A stretch of 64,000 nucleotides of DNA, from the NCBI GenBank assembly GCA_937996625.1, contig CALKVA010000008.1, positions 20,902-84,901 on the forward strand. Reading direction: 5' to 3'. Positions 9,554 through 19,656 of the stretch are shown piece by piece. The stretch comes from an uncultured Alphaproteobacteria bacterium. GTDB taxonomy: Bacteria > Pseudomonadota > Alphaproteobacteria > Puniceispirillales > Puniceispirillaceae. Every line of letters begins with the position of its first letter. The stretch's first letter is position 1. The translations under genes were made by a program, and so were the position numbers. The notes below the pieces were generated by a model. That model had not been told where the DNA came from. It saw only the letters and a program-made list of their open reading frames with translations, and made no database searches.

Positions 9554-10981
9554 TTAAATATGCTCTACACGAATTGCGTTTGTACTACCTGCAAGGCCAA
9601 ATGGAAAACCAGCAACCACAACAATTGTGTCATTCGTATTTACCACTTTTTCTTGTTTTAGCGTTTCTTTTGTAATAGATAATGCGGCCTCATAATCTGA
9701 TTCAACTTGGCGCAATGTAGTGGCTCCAAATAATACAGATAAACGCCTTTGCACTGCCAATTCTGGTGTTGATACGAATAGGCGTATTGCCGGCCTTTCT
9801 CTTGCGATTCGCACCGCTGTATTGCCTGATGCTGAATATGCTATGATGGCTTTTGCCTCAATCGTTTGTGCAAGCGCTACTGCTGCTTTTGCAACTGCGT
9901 GATATATCGATGGCTCTACATCTAATGGTGCGGGCCCATCAAACGGAAACTCCTTAATATGCATCTCGGCGGACGTTAATATGCTCGCCATTGTTTTTAC
10001 AGCTTCAACAGCATAATCCCCTATCGCCGTTTCAGCTGACAACATTACCGCATCAGCGCCATCAAACACAGCACCTGCCACATCTGTTGCTTCTGCTCTG
10101 GTTGGGGTAGGGCTATGTATCATTGATTCTAGCATTTGAGTTGCTACCACTACTGGTTTGCCGACTTTGCGGCATTGATAAATCAGTCTTTTTTGAACAG
10201 ATGGCACTTCAGCTGCATCTAACTCTACGCCCAAATCACCTCTTGCAATCATAATTGCATCAGAGGCATTTATGATATCTTGGATTTCGGTAAGCGCTGC
10301 TGGTTTTTCTATCTTTGCCATTAGCTGAGCCCTGCCCGCAATTTTTGCTTTGGCAGCCAAAACATCAGATACAGATTGCACAAAGGATAGCGCTATCCAG
10401 TCAACACCTTTATCCAACGCAAATTCCAAATCTTTTAAATCTTTTCTGGTTAAGACATCCGTATCTAATTTAATATCTGGTACATTAACCCCTTTTCGGC
10501 TCAACACTGGACCACCTGTTAAGACCTCTGCTGTGAAAGCATTATCTGCAAGAGTTTTTACCACAAGCGCCAACTTACCATCATCCATAAGTAATCTTGC
10601 ACCTGGATATAGCGCCTTGAATATCTCTGGATGCGGAAGCGGTAATCTCTCAGCATTGCCAATTTCATCAGACTGGTCGAATTGTATTAAGCTGCCTTCT
10701 ACTAGCGACAACCCATCAACAACTCTGCCAATTCGATATTTCGGTCCTTGCATATCTGCCAAAATACCTATTGGCTTTGAGAGCTTCTTTTCAATGTCAC
10801 GAACCATCTCAATACGCTTCAGATGCTCCTCATGTGTACCGTGGCTAAAATTCATTCTAACAATATTCACACCAGCTTGAACTAGCTGTGTGATTTGCGC
10901 TTCGCTCTCACTTGCAGAGCCTAATGTTGCCAAAATTTTAGTTGCTCGCCATGTCTGTCCAGATAGTGTGTTAGATGTCAT
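9554..10981 (-). CDS. pyk: pyruvate kinase
   Basis: 475 aa. NFSHG, MQGPKYRIG, IMIARGDLGVE, ATQMLESM motifs. Confidence 0.95.
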   Translation of the reverse strand: MTSNTLSGQTWRATKILATLGSASESEAQITQLVQAGVNIVRMNFSHGTHEEHLKRIEMVRDIEKKLSKPIGILADMQGPKYRIGRVVDGLSLVEGSLIQFDQSDEIGNAERLPLPHPEIFKALYPGARLLMDDGKLALVVKTLADNAFTAEVLTGGPVLSRKGVNVPDIKLDTDVLTRKDLKDLEFALDKGVDWIALSFVQSVSDVLAAKAKIAGRAQLMAKIEKPAALTEIQDIINASDAIMIARGDLGVELDAAEVPSVQKRLIYQCRKVGKPVVVATQMLESMIHSPTPTRAEATDVAGAVFDGADAVMLSAETAIGDYAVEAVKTMASILTSAEMHIKEFPFDGPAPLDVEPSIYHAVAKAAVALAQTIEAKAIIAYSASGNTAVRIARERPAIRLFVSTPELAVQRRLSVLFGATTLRQVESDYEAALSITKETLKQEKVVNTNDTIVVVAGFPFGLAGSTNAIRVEHI

Positions 10982-11083
10982 GCGAAAATGATCTCTTCAC
11001 AAATAAATTTACGGGATTTTTGGGCACTCTAAGATAAAGAATTTTTTTAAGCAAATAATAACAAAAAATAAAGATGCTAATTG

Positions 11084-12421
11084 TTAGGCTTTGGTACTAA
11101 TCCTTTCAGGAATTAAACCCCGGGGGGAAAACCGAAGAAACAGCAATAAAACCAATCCCATTATCAGCAATCTTAATTGCGGCGCGGTGCTAACAAAATG
11201 TTCCTTTAAGGCTGAGCCCTCAGATAACGGCAAAGTGATAATATACACTAACATATTACCAATTGTTTCAGCTTCAATCCAAAAGAACCACACAATAAAG
11301 CCACCAAGAATTGCACCAAAGTTATTCCCAGAGCCGCCGACAATAACCATTACCCAGATTAAAAACGTAAATCGAAGCGGATGGTATATAGATGGATTAA
11401 ACTGGCCATCTAATGTAACCAGCATAGCCCCCGCAATTCCTACAATGGCAGAACCAATAACAAAGATTTGCAGGTGACGTGAGGTAACGTTTTTGCCCAT
11501 CGCACTCGCTGCTATCTCATTATCACGGATAGCGCGCATCATCCTGCCCCATGGCGAATTTAATGCTCTCTCACATAGCCATAAAAGCATAAGCAACACC
11601 CCTAAAAACAGGGACGTATAACATAATTTAACAAACAAACTTGATGCTTGCATAACATTCATTCCAACAGAATCTGTTATATCTTGAAACCAAATTGTTG
11701 ATTGCAGTTCAATTTCATAGGGAACGGGCCGCGGTATGCCTGTTACATTCTTAACACCCCTTGTTAACCAATCCTCGTTTTTAAACATGAAAATAACAAT
11801 TTCTGAAATACCGAGCGTAGCAATAGCAAGATAGTCGGAGCGCAAGCCAAGGGTGATTTTTCCAATAATAAATGCAACACAACCGGCCAATATTCCGCCA
11901 ACACCCCATGACAGCAAAATAGGCAATCCTGCACCACCTAGATACCCAGAAGAAGCTGGCTCAAACGATTCAATTCTAAGAATTGCGGGATCTAGCACAA
12001 ATCGGGAGAGTATGTAGCCTGCAACAGCGATAATGATTACGTACCAGTATCGCCGTCTGCCTGTGCCCTTAAATCTTCGCCATACAAGGTACGCTAAAAT
12101 ACCGCTCATTATCCAGATAATTACCCCGAGCAACACCCCAAATCCGCCTGCCTGCCAAGCGCCCATAATAGGCGCTTTTGAAACCAGCATTGCAGCCAAA
12201 CCGCCAAGCGCGGCAAACCCCATAATTCCAGCGTTAAACAGGCCTGCATATCCCCATTGTAAATTTACACCAAGCGCCATAATTGCTGAAATCAAACATA
12301 AATTCAGGATTGCGAGCATCAAATTCCAGCTTTGGAAAACCCCGACAAGCGTCAATGCGCCTAGCATAAGCGGGAATAGTAAAACTGCTTTTCTGCTAGA
12401 ACTAGGAATTGATAACTTCAT
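11084..12421 (-). CDS. livM: branched-chain amino acid ABC transporter permease (LivM type)
   Basis: 445-aa polytopic protein. ATGA overlap with the upstream LivH-type gene. Sits in a 5-gene liv-like operon. Confidence 0.8.
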   Translation of the reverse strand: MKLSIPSSSRKAVLLFPLMLGALTLVGVFQSWNLMLAILNLCLISAIMALGVNLQWGYAGLFNAGIMGFAALGGLAAMLVSKAPIMGAWQAGGFGVLLGVIIWIMSGILAYLVWRRFKGTGRRRYWYVIIIAVAGYILSRFVLDPAILRIESFEPASSGYLGGAGLPILLSWGVGGILAGCVAFIIGKITLGLRSDYLAIATLGISEIVIFMFKNEDWLTRGVKNVTGIPRPVPYEIELQSTIWFQDITDSVGMNVMQASSLFVKLCYTSLFLGVLLMLLWLCERALNSPWGRMMRAIRDNEIAASAMGKNVTSRHLQIFVIGSAIVGIAGAMLVTLDGQFNPSIYHPLRFTFLIWVMVIVGGSGNNFGAILGGFIVWFFWIEAETIGNMLVYIITLPLSEGSALKEHFVSTAPQLRLLIMGLVLLLFLRFSPRGLIPERISTKA

Positions 12422-13431
12422 AATGTCTTCCCACGAAATAATCCAGTAGGCCGAACCAGCAATACAATGACAAGTAGAACAAACGAGACAGCAAATTTAT
12501 ATTCAGTAGATAACATTTGAACAAGGCTTTCTGGCGCCCATTCTTCTGGCAAAAGGTAGGTAAAAAAACGTTTATATGCAAACGTTATGAATGCCTCTGA
12601 AAAGGCTATTACATATCCTCCAATTACGGCCCCTATAGGATTGCCAACACCGCCAACAATGGCCGCTGCAAATATCGGTAATACCAGTTGCAAATATACA
12701 AATGGTTTATAGCCTTTATCAAGCCCATATAATGTCCCTGCAACCGCTGCTAATGCGCCTACCAGCATCCAAGTAATAATAATGACACGTTCCGGCTTTA
12801 TCCCCGACAAAAGAGCAAGATCCTCATTGTCAGAAAATGCGCGCATTGATTTGCCTGTCCTGGTTTTATTCAGAAACCAGAAAACAGCAGTAACCAGCAC
12901 GAGTGTGACAATAACGGTAATGGCCTGAGTTGTGCGGATTGACACCCCCTCTGCCAATCCAGTTATTTGCTTAAACTCAGATGCCTTGATAATAAATCGC
13001 TCCCCATCAGCAAAATTCTTTTTAGACGTTCCAATGAAAAACCGAATAAAACCAGCTAAAAAGAACATTACACCAACAGACACAATCATAAAAGTAACAG
13101 GTTGAACACGCTGAGCCTGATAATATCTAAACACCGTTCCGTCTAAAATTAGCAATAACATAATGGTTATAATAATGGAGAAAGGAAGTGCTAACAAAGC
13201 TGTCGGTAGAGGATGGATTGAAATCCCTACCGACTGAAAGAGCCAAATGGTAAAAATGGATATCATCGTGCCAAAAGACATCATCTCGCCATGTGCAAAA
13301 TTTGAAAACCGCAGCACAGCATATATTAACGTAATTCCAAGTGCGCCAAGTGCAAGCTGACTTCCATAAGCAAGAGAGGGAACAATAATATAATTTGCCA
13401 AAAGCGTTATCGCATTTAAAATATCTATCAT
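12418..13431 (-). CDS. livH: branched-chain amino acid ABC transporter permease (LivH type)
   Basis: 337-aa polytopic protein with a C-terminal GGVGNPIGAVIGG motif typical of LivH. Confidence 0.8.
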   Translation of the reverse strand: MIDILNAITLLANYIIVPSLAYGSQLALGALGITLIYAVLRFSNFAHGEMMSFGTMISIFTIWLFQSVGISIHPLPTALLALPFSIIITIMLLLILDGTVFRYYQAQRVQPVTFMIVSVGVMFFLAGFIRFFIGTSKKNFADGERFIIKASEFKQITGLAEGVSIRTTQAITVIVTLVLVTAVFWFLNKTRTGKSMRAFSDNEDLALLSGIKPERVIIITWMLVGALAAVAGTLYGLDKGYKPFVYLQLVLPIFAAAIVGGVGNPIGAVIGGYVIAFSEAFITFAYKRFFTYLLPEEWAPESLVQMLSTEYKFAVSFVLLVIVLLVRPTGLFRGKTL

Positions 13432-13438
13432 TATACTA

Positions 13439-14143
13439 TCAGCCTCCTAAAAAAGCTTGTCGTACTTCAGGATTATTGAGTAGCGCAGTGCCAGCATCCT
13501 TAAATTTGTTTTCGCCTTGTACTAATACATATCCCATATCTGCTATCTGCAAGGCTTGCTTTGCATTCTGTTCAACCATTAAAATGGCAACTCCTGTATT
13601 AGCTATATCAATGATTCTATCGAACAATTCATCCATTACGATAGGGGAGACGCCTGCCGTTGGCTCATCTAGCATTAAGATATTGGGCTTCGTCATCATG
13701 GCTCTTGCAACAGCAACTTGTTGTCTTTGTCCTCCTGATAACTCCCCGGCTGCTTGGTCCTGTTTCGTTTTTAAAATAGGGAATAGATCAAAAATCTCTG
13801 AAATCGTCTGGCTTAAATCATCACGGCGCACAAACCCGCCCATTTCAAGGTTTTCTAAAACTGTCATAGATGGAAATACATTATTGGTTTGAGGCACATA
13901 CCCCATGCCAAGCAATACGCGTTGTTCTGGTCGGAGCTGTGTTATATCCCTGCCATCACTAAAAACAGATCCTTCTCGCAGTGGAAGCATTCCAAACAGT
14001 GCCTTCATAGCGGTGGATTTGCCCGCTCCATTTGGGCCTACGATTACAGCAATTTGTCCTTTATCAACCGATATAGAGCAGCCATTTAAAATCATGCTGG
14101 CACCATAGCCTGCATGCATACCAATTCCTTCAAAAAAGGTCAT
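13439..14143 (-). CDS. livF: branched-chain amino acid ABC transporter ATP-binding protein (LivF type)
   Basis: 234 aa. Walker A GPNGAGKST, signature LSGGQRQQ, Walker B LMLDEP. Confidence 0.85.
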   Translation of the reverse strand: MTFFEGIGMHAGYGASMILNGCSISVDKGQIAVIVGPNGAGKSTAMKALFGMLPLREGSVFSDGRDITQLRPEQRVLLGMGYVPQTNNVFPSMTVLENLEMGGFVRRDDLSQTISEIFDLFPILKTKQDQAAGELSGGQRQQVAVARAMMTKPNILMLDEPTAGVSPIVMDELFDRIIDIANTGVAILMVEQNAKQALQIADMGYVLVQGENKFKDAGTALLNNPEVRQAFLGG

Positions 14144-14177
14144 TTAACTTTACTCTCTCAAGTTTTTTTGCCATTAT

Positions 14178-14948
14178 TCACAATTTATTTTTCATCCCAC
14201 GCCCCAGATAAGCTTCAATAACATCTGGATTTGCCTTAATCGCCTCAATACTGTCTGTTGCTAATACGCTTCCTTCTGCCATAACCACCACTTCATCACA
14301 TAATTTGCCAATAAATTCCATATCATGTTCGATCATGCAAAATGTATAGCCTCGCTCTCGGTTAAGACGGATTATAGCATCGCCTAGGTGGTTAAGAAGC
14401 GTTCTGTTAACGCCTGCTCCAACCTCATCTAGAAATACGATTTTCGCATCAACCATCATGCATCTTCCAAGCTCAAGTAATTTTTTCTGGCCCCCAGATA
14501 AGTTGCCTGCAGGCTCATCAGCAAGTGCCTTTAGATTTAAAAACTCTAATACCTCATCTACTTTTTGTGTGAGCTGTGCTTCTTCTTGCTTTATTTTTTC
14601 AGGACGCAACCAGACATTTAGCAACGTCTCACCTGACTGATGTGATGGAACCATCATCAAATTATCTCGAACAGGCAATGTTGAAAACTCATGTGCTATC
14701 TGAAATGTTCGCAACACCCCCTTAGCAAACAGCGCGTGAGGGGGAAGTCCCGTAATTTCCACCTCATCGAGAAAAACCCGCCCTGAAGTTGGCGGGTGCA
14801 GTCCTGCTATAATATTGAATAAGGTTGTTTTACCAGCACCGTTCGGCCCAATTAGCCCCGTTATTTTGCCCGAATCAAAGGATAGAGAGACATCATTAAC
14901 AGCATGAATCCCGCCAAACCATTTATCTAAATGTTGTACTGTCAACAT
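14178..14948 (-). CDS. livG: branched-chain amino acid ABC transporter ATP-binding protein (LivG type)
   Basis: 256 aa. Walker A GPNGAGKTT, signature LSGGQKKLLE, Walker B VFLDEV. Confidence 0.85.
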   Translation of the reverse strand: MLTVQHLDKWFGGIHAVNDVSLSFDSGKITGLIGPNGAGKTTLFNIIAGLHPPTSGRVFLDEVEITGLPPHALFAKGVLRTFQIAHEFSTLPVRDNLMMVPSHQSGETLLNVWLRPEKIKQEEAQLTQKVDEVLEFLNLKALADEPAGNLSGGQKKLLELGRCMMVDAKIVFLDEVGAGVNRTLLNHLGDAIIRLNRERGYTFCMIEHDMEFIGKLCDEVVVMAEGSVLATDSIEAIKANPDVIEAYLGRGMKNKL

Positions 14949-14983
14949 ATCATCAATAAACTTAAAAAATTAATTTTTGACAT

Positions 14984-15021
14984 AAAAAAAGCGACCCAGT
15001 AAATTCTGAGCCGCTTTTTTT
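14984..15021 (-). terminator. intercistronic hairpin / partial terminator between the binding-protein gene and livG
   Basis: 9-bp stem 14991-14999 / 15006-15014 flanked by A7 and T7. The two plus-strand mismatches (A.C, C.A) become G.U wobbles on the minus-strand RNA, so the stem is complete only in the sense of the liv transcript. Confidence 0.6.
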
Positions 15022-15029
15022 GATTAATA

Positions 15030-16211
15030 TTAGCGATATCCTACCGTCGCAAATTTTCCGTTTTGAACTTCATATTGCAGGTAAGCACCGCCAGACTCGC
15101 CAGGTTCGATAAGCTCAACCGCAGACGCACCGACATAGTCGATTTCGCCGCCATCAGCTAGAATCTTCAGCCCTTTGACTAATTCCCCAGGATAGATTTT
15201 CTCACCTGGTGCATTTGCAACATCCATCACATGGTCTTTTAAATCTGATGATGAGGAAGAGTTTGCGGCCTGCATGGCTAGCATGATAAGGGCAGCTGCA
15301 TCATAATATTCGCCTGCATATACATTGTATTCATGACCTGCTTCAGCAAATAGTGTTTTAAAAGTTGCATCACCTGGGCTATCGGTGCCAGCAGACGCTC
15401 CAAATGAGCCATCAATATCAGAGCCAAATGTAGCTGTAAGACTATCTGCATACATGCCATCAGGTAGGAAGAATGTCTCAAATGATCCTAAATCTAAGGA
15501 GCCTTGAATGATAGCGCCGCCGCCGCCATCTGCGTAACCTGCTACAATAAGAATGTCACCTCCAGCTTGCGCTAAAGCTGCAGCATCAGCACTGTAATCG
15601 CCTTTATTCTCTTCATGTCCAGCATTTATAGTTACGGTGCCACCCCCTGCTACAAAATTAGCTTCAATAGCACTGCCAAGGCCCTTACCGTAATCATTAT
15701 TTACGTAGGTAATCGCTGCAGATTTGTATCCTTGCTCGATTAATATTTCTGCTAACACCTCTGCGGAACGTGCATCTGAAGGAGCTGTTCTAAAAAATAA
15801 ACCATTATCCTCGACTGTTGACAGAACAGGTGCTGTTGCAGATCCAGAAATCATAACGATACCGTTAGGCATAGCCACCCCTTCCAACACGGCTTGTGTC
15901 GCACCTGAACACATAGCGCCTACGATCGCATTTACATTTTCTGAAGTAACCAATCGCTCCCCTGTTGCAACAGCTGCTGCTGTATCTGCACAGGTTGAAT
16001 CGCCCGTAACGGCAACAACATTGCTGCCACCAAGCAACGATTTGCTTTCAGCAACCTCTGAAATAGCCATCTGCGCCCCATTATTCATGGCTGGTGCCAG
16101 TGATTCTAATGGGCCTGTAAAGCCTAGTGATATTCCAATTTTTATATCTTCTGCATATGCTGGAGAGGCCAGCATTAAAATAGCCGCAGAAACACCAATA
16201 ATTTTTTTCAT
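15030..16211 (-). CDS. periplasmic amino-acid-binding protein (LivJ/LivK family, type 1 PBP)
   Basis: 393 aa. Signal peptide MKKIIGVSAAILMLASPAYA. First gene of the liv-like operon. Confidence 0.8.
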   Translation of the reverse strand: MKKIIGVSAAILMLASPAYAEDIKIGISLGFTGPLESLAPAMNNGAQMAISEVAESKSLLGGSNVVAVTGDSTCADTAAAVATGERLVTSENVNAIVGAMCSGATQAVLEGVAMPNGIVMISGSATAPVLSTVEDNGLFFRTAPSDARSAEVLAEILIEQGYKSAAITYVNNDYGKGLGSAIEANFVAGGGTVTINAGHEENKGDYSADAAALAQAGGDILIVAGYADGGGGAIIQGSLDLGSFETFFLPDGMYADSLTATFGSDIDGSFGASAGTDSPGDATFKTLFAEAGHEYNVYAGEYYDAAALIMLAMQAANSSSSSDLKDHVMDVANAPGEKIYPGELVKGLKILADGGEIDYVGASAVELIEPGESGGAYLQYEVQNGKFATVGYR

Positions 16212-16373
16212 AATTGTCTCCCTTTTAATATTCAGCTTAAAAAAATTTAATGTTTAAGAAATAGCGTTAATAAATAAGCTTGCAATGAGAAACTACCCAT
16301 GAAATTGGCAAAAAGGAAAGAAAATCTTGTTCTAACGCAATATTAGACTGAATTTATTGCCGTTACCCGATGT

Positions 16374-17693
16374 TCAACTTAATTTTAGCTTGGAAATAGG
16401 TTTAATTGATACCAGTGATTCGTCAGCCCAATCAATCATTCCAACATCGTGGCATTTCGGACAAATCGGCTCATATTGCGCCGTTAAAGTCGCGCATGTA
16501 GAACACCGCCAGGCTTTTCCGCGCGGCGCGCGCGCAGCACCCTGCAAAGCGGTTTTTGCACCAATAGGGTCAATCTGCTTTTCTGCTAATTCTGCCGCTA
16601 GTAAATAATCTTCATTTGTCATTTGATTCTGCGGTATTTCTGATAATAGACTGGTTGCAGGAGGCAGAATATCTGCTTCAAGTGAGGCTGCAATTACTAA
16701 TCTGTTTGCATCCATCTTTTGCTCACTCTGACGGGCTAATTTTGTAAGACGAGCAATGAATTTTCCAATATTATCGCTAAATGCATCTCGCAATATGTCG
16801 ATATAATCTTGATGCGGTTTTAAGATAAATCCCCGCTCGATTATTTTAATCATCTGCTTTGTTAATTCGCTCTTTTGATATAATCTGGCAAGTGCAACCC
16901 GTACGGCAATGTGGGATTGATCTAACTTTAGGGCACGCTCCAGCCAGTTGGTCTTATCCCGAACTTCAGAAACTTCCCGTCCGAGGATATAGCATAGTCC
17001 GATTTCTCGTCTTTGAAACAGATGTTTTTGTTCCGGTAAATTCGCCAGCTGAGGTATTAACCGCCCTAATATATTCAAAGCATTGTGCCAATTTTTTTCC
17101 TCAATTTCTCGCCAGAAAATATGGGTTAATGCGACTACTGAATCAGGTTGTATATGCAATGCCTTTTGAGCAGCTGCTCGGCTTTTCTCAGAATCATTAT
17201 TCTGAAATTGCAAGTTCATTATTCCGATAAGACCATAATAAGCAGTGTCCTTATGCTTTGATAGCTGTGCAAAATATCGTCTTGCAGCATTTTTATTTCC
17301 TGCCAGATGAGCTGCTTGTGCTGCCAGCAAATCAGGAAGAAGTCCCCTGCCAAGTAGTTTTTCTGCTTTCCTTGCTTGTTTTTGTGCAGAGCGACTATCT
17401 CCTGCGGCCAAGGCAATAAGGCCAAGTCCAAGCGCACGCTCGCCATTTGTGCGGCGCCTATATTGCCAGCCATGCGCCATCATTTTGGGCCAATTTCGAA
17501 TAAGGCGCCATAGCCTGTCAAACAGCATTACAAAAACGGCAAAAGCAATCACTAAACCAACAAGCAGGCTCGTTGAAATCTGAATTTCATAGCCAAGCCA
17601 TTGAATCTGGCTTTCACCTGTTTGCTGATTAAACCAGCTAACAACCAGCGCAACTAGACCGCCTACCAGAATTAAGCGTATGATTTGTATCAT
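16374..17693 (-). CDS. HemY-like TPR membrane protein with C-terminal zinc-ribbon
   Basis: 439 aa with two N-terminal TM helices and TPR-like repeats. C-terminal CSTCATLTAQYEPICPKCH. Sits after hemC-hemD and the Mic60-like gene, as in other alphaproteobacteria. Confidence 0.7.
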   Translation of the reverse strand: MIQIIRLILVGGLVALVVSWFNQQTGESQIQWLGYEIQISTSLLVGLVIAFAVFVMLFDRLWRLIRNWPKMMAHGWQYRRRTNGERALGLGLIALAAGDSRSAQKQARKAEKLLGRGLLPDLLAAQAAHLAGNKNAARRYFAQLSKHKDTAYYGLIGIMNLQFQNNDSEKSRAAAQKALHIQPDSVVALTHIFWREIEEKNWHNALNILGRLIPQLANLPEQKHLFQRREIGLCYILGREVSEVRDKTNWLERALKLDQSHIAVRVALARLYQKSELTKQMIKIIERGFILKPHQDYIDILRDAFSDNIGKFIARLTKLARQSEQKMDANRLVIAASLEADILPPATSLLSEIPQNQMTNEDYLLAAELAEKQIDPIGAKTALQGAARAPRGKAWRCSTCATLTAQYEPICPKCHDVGMIDWADESLVSIKPISKLKLS

Positions 17694-18883
17694 GGCTTTT
17701 CTCTTTTGGGTAATGAGCTGTAGCTTTGATAAATTTCAGTTATTATTTTATCAACCTGTTGCCGGGATTTAATTTGGGATAGATGCCTATTAAATTTTGA
17801 TAGCTGCTGTGAGCTTATATTTGAGGTATCATTATCTAAAAAATCTTTCAGATACATAATTGCCTCTGATAATGTTTCTGGGATTTTATTTGCACGCTGT
17901 AGCAGCTGGTTAGCATCGCTCAGAAGTGGTTTTTTTTGGGAAGCTTCATCCATGATGCCGCGCCTATCCTCAATATCAGACTGTAAGGCATTATCATGTG
18001 ATAATTTTTTAAGATTAAACAGGCTTGCAAAATAGTCCGCCCAGGACAGCTCAGATAATTCACTGGTATCTTCTATTATATTTGTCTTTATCTCTCTATC
18101 TGTCATTATCTTTGGGTTATCTGTGGGTTTGATTATTTTATCATACGCGTCCGAACCCCGTGTAACTTCAGAAATTTGATAGTTCAATTCATTTAACAGA
18201 CGTGCATGGCTAGATAAATTTCCGCTGAGCGCCTGCTCAATAGAGCGCACAACTTCATTTGACTTATCCTCAACCAAGTTAGATTTTAGCGTATCAATCA
18301 ATGGTCGATAGATTGAAAGGCTTTTGCCTGTTTGACTATCAAGCCATAAACTATCTAAAAATTGTTTTATCTGGTGCGAGCCAAAATTTATATTCTCGAG
18401 CGGCTTGCTACTCTCTATTTGGGTGCGCGATATCTCATAACCTAAATCCTCAAGCCGAGCTTCTAGAACATTAAGCTGGACTAGCAGTGTATCAGGGCTT
18501 ACATCCTGCGCATCTGTTTCAAAATATTCTTCTAGACTGCCTATATTTATTTTCAAATTATCAACTTGGTCTTTTAGCTCCGCTAGCTGCTGCTGAGTTT
18601 GTAATGTACGTTCCGTAAGTTCATTTAAGGTTTTTGAGAGTTTCAGGCTATTTTGTGAAAGGGGCATAACATTATTAAGCACCCAATACCCACCTGCTAT
18701 GGCAGCCAGAGTAAACATAAAAAATCCTATTAGATTTCTTAGTGAAAATAATGTCCTAGACGAAGAATAGCCTGACTGATGAGTGTGATTGCTCTTATTG
18801 CCAGACGCTTTTTTTCGGCCAGAGCGCGGGATTGCCTCACCTTCAATCACCGTCTCGGATGCGTCTTTATCTGGATCCTGCAT
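17690..18883 (-). CDS. membrane-anchored coiled-coil protein, alphaproteobacterial Mic60/mitofilin-like (called by architecture and synteny)
   Basis: 397 aa. Disordered basic N-terminus, a single TM (LIGFFMFTLAAIAGGYWVL), then a heptad-rich segment (LNELTERTLQTQQQLAELKDQVDNLKINIGSLEE). ATGA overlap with the hemY-like gene. Located between hemD and the hemY-like gene. Confidence 0.55.
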   Translation of the reverse strand: MQDPDKDASETVIEGEAIPRSGRKKASGNKSNHTHQSGYSSSRTLFSLRNLIGFFMFTLAAIAGGYWVLNNVMPLSQNSLKLSKTLNELTERTLQTQQQLAELKDQVDNLKINIGSLEEYFETDAQDVSPDTLLVQLNVLEARLEDLGYEISRTQIESSKPLENINFGSHQIKQFLDSLWLDSQTGKSLSIYRPLIDTLKSNLVEDKSNEVVRSIEQALSGNLSSHARLLNELNYQISEVTRGSDAYDKIIKPTDNPKIMTDREIKTNIIEDTSELSELSWADYFASLFNLKKLSHDNALQSDIEDRRGIMDEASQKKPLLSDANQLLQRANKIPETLSEAIMYLKDFLDNDTSNISSQQLSKFNRHLSQIKSRQQVDKIITEIYQSYSSLPKREKP

Positions 18884-18896
18884 ACGGATTATCTGC

Positions 18897-19619
18897 CTAT
18901 TCGAGTTCTCTTATCGTAGAGTACCAGTCTTTTATTACTTTAAACAAGTGCTCAAAATTAGCATCTCCGGATTTTGTAATGCCAGAGAAAAAAGACACCT
19001 CTTCTGGCACAAATGGTATTTGATCAAATGTAAAGAGCTGCCACTTTTTGTGATATTCCCAAATATCGGCTGCAATCATTAATTCTCTAAAACACTGAAA
19101 ATTCCGTTTTGATAGAATAATAATTCCCGTGATTTTATTTGATTTAACCAGCTCTATAAACCCGTTAGGAAGATGATCTGAAGGTCTCATATGGTAACTA
19201 ATGGCTCTTTCTATATTGAACTTTTTATGTGTTAAATAAGCTTCAATATCAAATGCAATATCAGCTCCTGAAACCCACAATAATGGCCCTTTTGCCCTGT
19301 CTGTCCTATGGGCTATATTCTCAGCCAAAGTCTGGGCGTTACCTGATGACTCAATGACATTCGTATATCCTGCATTTTTCGCTGCTTGTGCTGTGGTGCT
19401 TCCAACACACCAAGCTGGCAGATCATAAAATGAGTTTTGATGCAGAATTGCCTGTTTGCTTGTAAAAATCAGGGCCTGATAATTTATCTCAAATATCGAG
19501 CTATCTAGCGCAATTGGCTCGTAAGCTAAAACCGCAAGTGGCATAGCAGATATTCCAGAATCCGAAAGAAGATTAGCATTGCTAGTAGCAGCTTCGATAT
19601 CGCGAATAACAATAATCAT
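18897..19619 (-). CDS. hemD: uroporphyrinogen-III synthase
   Basis: 240 aa. HemD-like two-lobe pattern (IFTSKQA...WCVGSTTA). Lies immediately downstream of hemC. Confidence 0.7.
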   Translation of the reverse strand: MIIVIRDIEAATSNANLLSDSGISAMPLAVLAYEPIALDSSIFEINYQALIFTSKQAILHQNSFYDLPAWCVGSTTAQAAKNAGYTNVIESSGNAQTLAENIAHRTDRAKGPLLWVSGADIAFDIEAYLTHKKFNIERAISYHMRPSDHLPNGFIELVKSNKITGIIILSKRNFQCFRELMIAADIWEYHKKWQLFTFDQIPFVPEEVSFFSGITKSGDANFEHLFKVIKDWYSTIRELE

Positions 19620-19656
19620 CTTTTTGCTTATTTCATTCCTCTAAAAAGAACTTAAA

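Noticed and set aside
10350-10880. 176-aa ORF on the plus strand
   Set aside because: It lies entirely antisense within the well-supported pyruvate kinase gene. The translation is low-complexity and Ser/Thr/Pro-rich. It is a shadow ORF.
11091-12449. 128-aa and 138-aa plus-strand ORFs (11091-11477, 12033-12449)
   Set aside because: Both are antisense shadows of the LivM-type permease gene.
13395-13892. 165-aa ORF on the plus strand
   Set aside because: It is antisense to the livF-type ATPase gene, which has unambiguous Walker motifs.
15724-16257. 177-aa ORF on the plus strand
   Set aside because: It is antisense to the liv binding-protein gene. It shows Ala/Ser/Thr-rich mirror-frame composition with no motifs.
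16212-16373. Sigma-54 (-24/-12) promoter or NtrC-type site upstream of the liv operon
   Set aside because: On the correct (minus) strand, the only GG...TGC candidate has the wrong spacing (14 rather than 12 from GG to GC).
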